The translations under genes were made by a program, and so were the position numbers. 64,000 bases of DNA, from assembly GCA_013791885.1 (NCBI GenBank), contig VMSZ01000010.1, forward strand, positions 5,869-69,868, given 5' to 3'. Source of the stretch: Sulfurimonas sp. (GTDB lineage: Bacteria; Campylobacterota; Campylobacteria; Campylobacterales; Sulfurimonadaceae). Position 1 is the first letter of the stretch. Each line of letters opens with the position of its first letter. Shown here piece after piece: positions 60,094-64,000 of this stretch. The notes below the pieces were generated by a model. That model ran no database searches. It worked only from the letters and a program-made list of their open reading frames with translations, and was not told the DNA's origin.

Positions 60094-61440
60094 ATGTTTG
60101 ATACGTTAACAGAGTCATTTACAAGTGCTATTAAAAAAATTCGTTTTCATGATGACGACAAAGCGCTTTCAAAAGCACTGACTGAGCTCAAAAAAAACTT
60201 ATTAAAAGCAGATGTAAACCACAAAGTTGTCAAAGAACTTATAGATAAAGTTCAAATTGAGACGAAACTCAAAGGCATCGGCAAAGATCAATTTCTGTCG
60301 GCTTTAAAATCTTCCTTGTATGAGCTTTTAGAAATTGGCGGAAGCAGAGGTTTTGTGTTTGCTCCAAATCCTCCGACTGTTATTTTAATGACGGGACTTC
60401 AGGGCTCTGGTAAAACAACGACAACTGGTAAATTAGCTAATTATTTAAAAAACAAACAAAAGAAAGTTTTGGTTGTAGCGGCCGACTTACAGCGTTTAGC
60501 GGCGGTTGAGCAGTTACGCCAGATTACTGCGCAGATTGGCGTAGAGCTTTTTGAAGACGAAAGTACAAAAAATCCTGTAGAAGTAGTAAACGCAGCGCTT
60601 AAAAAAGCTAAAAGCGGAATTTATGATGTTGTACTTATAGATACTGCAGGACGTTTAGCAATTGACGATGAACTCATGAATGAGCTCTCAGATGTCAAAA
60701 AAGCAGCGCAGCCAAATGAAATTTTTTATGTAGCTGATTCACTAACTGGTCAAGATGCTATTAAAACTGCTGAGACTTTTAAAGAAAAAATTGGAATTCA
60801 TGGTGTTATATTAAGTAAATATGACGGTGATTCTAAGGGTGGAGTTGCTTTAGGTCTTTCTTCTCAAGTTCAAGTTCCATTGCGTTTCATCGGTAGCGGT
60901 GAAAAAATGGAAGACTTGGAAGTTTTCCTGCCTGATCGCGTTGTTAACCGTCTTATGGGTTTTGGAGATATTGAAGGTCTTGCTGAAAAGACGGCTTCAA
61001 TTATAGATGAAAAACAAGCAAAGAAGCTGACAAAAAAGATTCAAAAAGGTCAGTTTAACTATAATGACTTTTTAGAGCAGATGGAAAGCATGAAAAAAAT
61101 GGGAAGCATGAGCTCAATTATGGGAATGATTCCTGGTATGGGTAATATGTCTAAAGCCATTAAAGATTTTGATTTTGAAAATTCGAGTGAACTTAAAAAC
61201 ATAAGAGCTATGGTTTCTTCCATGACACTCAAAGAAAGAGAAGATCCAGATCTTTTAAACAACTCTCGTAAACAAAGAATAGCTGCAGGGTGTGGTTTGA
61301 CACAGGTTGAAATCAACAGAATGATTAAGCAGTTCAAAAACGCTGGAAAAATGGCTAAAAAATTCTCAGGACCAAAAGGCATGAAAGACCTTCAGGCTAT
61401 GATGGGGCAAATGGGCGGTGCGGGAGCACTTCGAAGATAG
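60094..61440 (+). CDS. ffh: Signal recognition particle protein
   Basis: GLQGSGKTT, DTAGR, Met-rich M domain. Confidence 0.97.
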   Translation: MFDTLTESFTSAIKKIRFHDDDKALSKALTELKKNLLKADVNHKVVKELIDKVQIETKLKGIGKDQFLSALKSSLYELLEIGGSRGFVFAPNPPTVILMTGLQGSGKTTTTGKLANYLKNKQKKVLVVAADLQRLAAVEQLRQITAQIGVELFEDESTKNPVEVVNAALKKAKSGIYDVVLIDTAGRLAIDDELMNELSDVKKAAQPNEIFYVADSLTGQDAIKTAETFKEKIGIHGVILSKYDGDSKGGVALGLSSQVQVPLRFIGSGEKMEDLEVFLPDRVVNRLMGFGDIEGLAEKTASIIDEKQAKKLTKKIQKGQFNYNDFLEQMESMKKMGSMSSIMGMIPGMGNMSKAIKDFDFENSSELKNIRAMVSSMTLKEREDPDLLNNSRKQRIAAGCGLTQVEINRMIKQFKNAGKMAKKFSGPKGMKDLQAMMGQMGGAGALRR

Positions 61441-61556
61441 CTTCACTTTACGAATGTAAAGTTATGAACTCCTTAGAGTTTATAACTTTGCATTTAGGTG
61501 CAAAATTTAACATATACAGCTAGTTGAAATATGACTAGCGCAGAGAAGGACACAAC

Positions 61557-61787
61557 ATGGCAACAGTAATTCGCCTCACTAGAATGGGAAGAAAAAAACA
61601 ACCTTTTTACCGTATTGCGGTAACAGATTCACGTAAACGCAGAGATGGCGGTTGGATAGAACTCATTGGTCACTATAACCCAATGAATGATGAGAAAACT
61701 ATGGTAGTTGACACTGAGAGACTAGATTACTGGTTAAGCGTTGGCGCTAAAATGAGTGATCGCGTTAAAAAGATTACTGGTCGTTAA
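61557..61787 (+). CDS. rpsP: 30S ribosomal protein S16
   Basis: [19 protein letters not shown]. Confidence 0.97.
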   Translation: MATVIRLTRMGRKKQPFYRIAVTDSRKRRDGGWIELIGHYNPMNDEKTMVVDTERLDYWLSVGAKMSDRVKKITGR

Positions 61788-61789
61788 TT

Positions 61790-62026
61790 ATGATATCTGA
61801 TTTTGTCGCTAATTTTGCAAGACTGATTGCTTCTTATCCGGAAGACGTTAGAGTAGAAGTAAAGCAAGGCGATGAAATATCTGAAATTGTTCTCTATGCC
61901 AACCAAGCCGATATCGGTAAACTGATTGGTAAAGAGGGCAAAATGATTGGTGCAATCAAAACAGTTATTTCTGGCTGTAAAGCAAAAGATGGTATGAGTT
62001 ACCGTATAAATGTCGAAGCAGTTTAA
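61790..62026 (+). CDS. khpA: KH domain RNA-binding protein
   Basis: DIGKLIGKEGK GxxG loop; lies between rpsP and rimM. Confidence 0.88.
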   Translation: MISDFVANFARLIASYPEDVRVEVKQGDEISEIVLYANQADIGKLIGKEGKMIGAIKTVISGCKAKDGMSYRINVEAV

Positions 62027-62555
62027 AGATAATGAACTTCTCCATATAGCTACAATAGGTAAAACTGTTGGGCTTAAGGGTGATTTGAAATTTCATATAC
62101 ATTGTGATTTTCCTGAGCAATTTAAAAGCGGGGCCTCATTTTTTTTACAAAATAAAGAGAAAATAACTCTTGAAAGTGTAAATCATGAAAGAGGTCTTAT
62201 TAGAATTTCCGGAATCTCAAATCCTGAAGATGCGAAAAAGTTTACGAACGCGCATCTTTTTACAACACACGAAGATACTAAAAAGTCTTGTCATCTTGAA
62301 GATGGGCAATTCTTTTGGTTTGACATTGTAGGTTGTAGTGTTTATGAAAATGAACTCTTACTCGGAGTGGTTGAAGAAGTTGAGCGTATAGCGATAAGTG
62401 ATTATTTAAACATTCAAACAAGTGAGGATTTAGTTAAAAAAAATCTTCCTAAAAGTTTTTTAATCCCTTATCATAAACCATTCATTTTGAACACGGATAT
62501 AGATAAAAAAATTATATTGGTTAGTGGCGGCTTTGATATTTTAGAAGCTTCATAA
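62010..62555 (+). CDS. rimM: Ribosome maturation factor RimM
   Basis: IGKTVGLKG, FFWFDIVGC, LIPY; operon context. Confidence 0.92.
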   Translation: MSKQFKDNELLHIATIGKTVGLKGDLKFHIHCDFPEQFKSGASFFLQNKEKITLESVNHERGLIRISGISNPEDAKKFTNAHLFTTHEDTKKSCHLEDGQFFWFDIVGCSVYENELLLGVVEEVERIAISDYLNIQTSEDLVKKNLPKSFLIPYHKPFILNTDIDKKIILVSGGFDILEAS

Positions 62556-63259
62556 TGAAATTTACTTTTGTAACACTTTTTCCAAACCTTATAGAAGGTT
62601 ATTTTCAAGACTCGATTTTAAAACGAGCCATAGATAAAGATCTTTTGGAGATTCCTTATGTGAATCCAAGAGACTTTAGTGAAAATAAACACTCAAAAGT
62701 TGATGATACTGCAGTTGGCGGTGGAGCAGGGATGGTTATGAACCCTCAGCCTTTGTTTGACTCATTAAAAGAGTTGAAAAAAGAAGATGAGGGTGTTCAT
62801 ATAATATTTTTGACTCCGGTTGCAAAACCTTTTAGACAAAATGATGCTAAAAGGTTGGCCAATAAAAGCCATATAGCGTATGTCAGCGGAAGATATGAAG
62901 GCATTGATGAAAGGGTTATAGAAGAATTCGCAGATGAAGTTTTTAGTATTGGTGATTATATCCTGACTGGCGGGGAACTGGCTTCTTTGGTTATTTGTGA
63001 TGCAGTTTCTCGAAACATTGAAGGTGTTCTGGGAAACAGTGACTCTCTAGATATAGAGAGTTTTGAGACTCCTCTCTTGGAAGCTCCGTCATTTTCAAAA
63101 CCTAAAGAATATGAAAATAACAGTGTCCCATCAGAATACTTAAAGGGAAATCATAGTAATATTCGCTCACTAAAATTAGCCCTGTCTGAATGTAAGACTA
63201 AATTTTTCAGACCAGAGCAGCTATTAAAGCATAGAACAAGGAAATCTTATGAGAAATAA
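62555..63259 (+). CDS. trmD: tRNA (guanine-N1)-methyltransferase
   Basis: [30 protein letters not shown]. Confidence 0.97.
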   Translation: MKFTFVTLFPNLIEGYFQDSILKRAIDKDLLEIPYVNPRDFSENKHSKVDDTAVGGGAGMVMNPQPLFDSLKELKKEDEGVHIIFLTPVAKPFRQNDAKRLANKSHIAYVSGRYEGIDERVIEEFADEVFSIGDYILTGGELASLVICDAVSRNIEGVLGNSDSLDIESFETPLLEAPSFSKPKEYENNSVPSEYLKGNHSNIRSLKLALSECKTKFFRPEQLLKHRTRKSYEK

Positions 63260-63608
63260 GTATATAGAAAACTTTGAAAAAGCACAATTGGCAGAGAAAA
63301 CTCTACCAGACTTTCGTGCGGGCGATACTGTTCGTTTAGCAGTAAAAATTAAAGAAGGTGACAAAACTCGTATCCAAGCATACGAAGGTGTTTGTATATC
63401 AAAACGCGGTCAAGGAACTGGTAAAACTATTACTGTTCGTAAAATTGGCGCTAACAGCATAGGAATTGAAAGAATATTCCCAATATACAGTGATTCAATT
63501 GATGAAATTACAGTTATTCGTCGCGGTCGTGTTCGTCGTGCGAAACTATTTTATCTTCGTGAACTTGCTGGTAAAAAAGCTCGTATTAAAGAACTTAGAA
63601 GAAAATAA
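63249..63608 (+). CDS. rplS: 50S ribosomal protein L19
   Basis: [24 protein letters not shown]. Confidence 0.97.
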   Translation: MRNKYIENFEKAQLAEKTLPDFRAGDTVRLAVKIKEGDKTRIQAYEGVCISKRGQGTGKTITVRKIGANSIGIERIFPIYSDSIDEITVIRRGRVRRAKLFYLRELAGKKARIKELRRK

Positions 63609-63764
63609 TTCTTCTAGGCTCTTGCCTCTCTTTGTAAACTACCTCTTCTTTATCAATCAATCTCTCAAAAATTATTCAATTTTAATCTTAACTATTTAGC
63701 CTATTTAAAGCGTTTGTGAGAAAAAATTGTTATAATTCTCCACACAATAAAAGGAATAACCTTT

Positions 63765-64000
63765 ATGATATTAATGATAGACAATTATGACAGTTTTACT
63801 TATAATATAGTTCAGTATTGCAGGGAGCTCGGTGCTGATTTAAAAATAATCAGAAATGATGAAATGAGTGTTGAAGAGATTGAAAAACTGGGACCAGAAA
63901 AGATTATTATCTCACCTGGCCCTGCAACACCCGATGATGCCGGTGTCACACTTGCTGTAATTAATCATTTTAAAGATAAGTTGCCAATACTTGGAATTTG
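63765..64000 (+). CDS. Anthranilate/aminodeoxychorismate synthase component II (TrpG/PabA), 3'-truncated by the window
   Basis: Manual translation MILMIDNYDSFTYNIVQY...ISPGP...PILGIC; AAGGA RBS; not in the ORF track. Confidence 0.9.
   Translation, partial: MILMIDNYDSFTYNIVQYCRELGADLKIIRNDEMSVEEIEKLGPEKIIISPGPATPDDAGVTLAVINHFKDKLPILGI

Noticed and set aside
2189..63699. Many short antisense or alternate-frame ORFs in the ORF track (e.g. 3453-3860, 7732-8328, 19037-19522, 52819-53256)
   Set aside because: They shadow well-supported genes and have no recognisable motifs or RBS
1..64000. CRISPR array, IS element, prophage or DGR
   Set aside because: No regularly spaced repeats and no transposase, integrase, reverse transcriptase or phage genes were recognised

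Overview
AT-rich bacterial chromosomal segment. Gene content and order point to Campylobacterota, most likely Sulfurimonas-like (futalosine-pathway mqnC, fliW/csrA, stand-alone atpE with an N-terminal extension, nif3-zinc ribbon-waaA, 6S RNA before purD). Most of the window is housekeeping: kdsA-ribH-nusB-mqnC-recG, bamD-lon, uvrC, nadB-nhaD-guaA, purD-lptD-pnp, atpE, tRNA-Leu, cysK, uvrD-truB-csrA-ispE-smpB, waaA and ffh-rpsP-khpA-rimM-trmD-rplS. The less ordinary parts are: (i) an MSHA-like minor-pilin cluster headed by a ~1670 aa MshQ-like adhesin; (ii) a hipBA module with a consensus promoter and two operator-like repeats; (iii) a four-gene phosphorelay (Aer-type PAS, double HPt, NIT-domain hybrid kinase, single-domain receiver); (iv) a hybrid kinase with a periplasmic SPOR-like input domain and a His-less HPt; (v) a hypothetical protein resembling the ClpXP adaptor SspB; (vi) REP-like and multi-hairpin intergenic elements. 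I saw no CRISPR array, transposase, integrase or rRNA. All calls come from reading motifs by eye; no database search was run.
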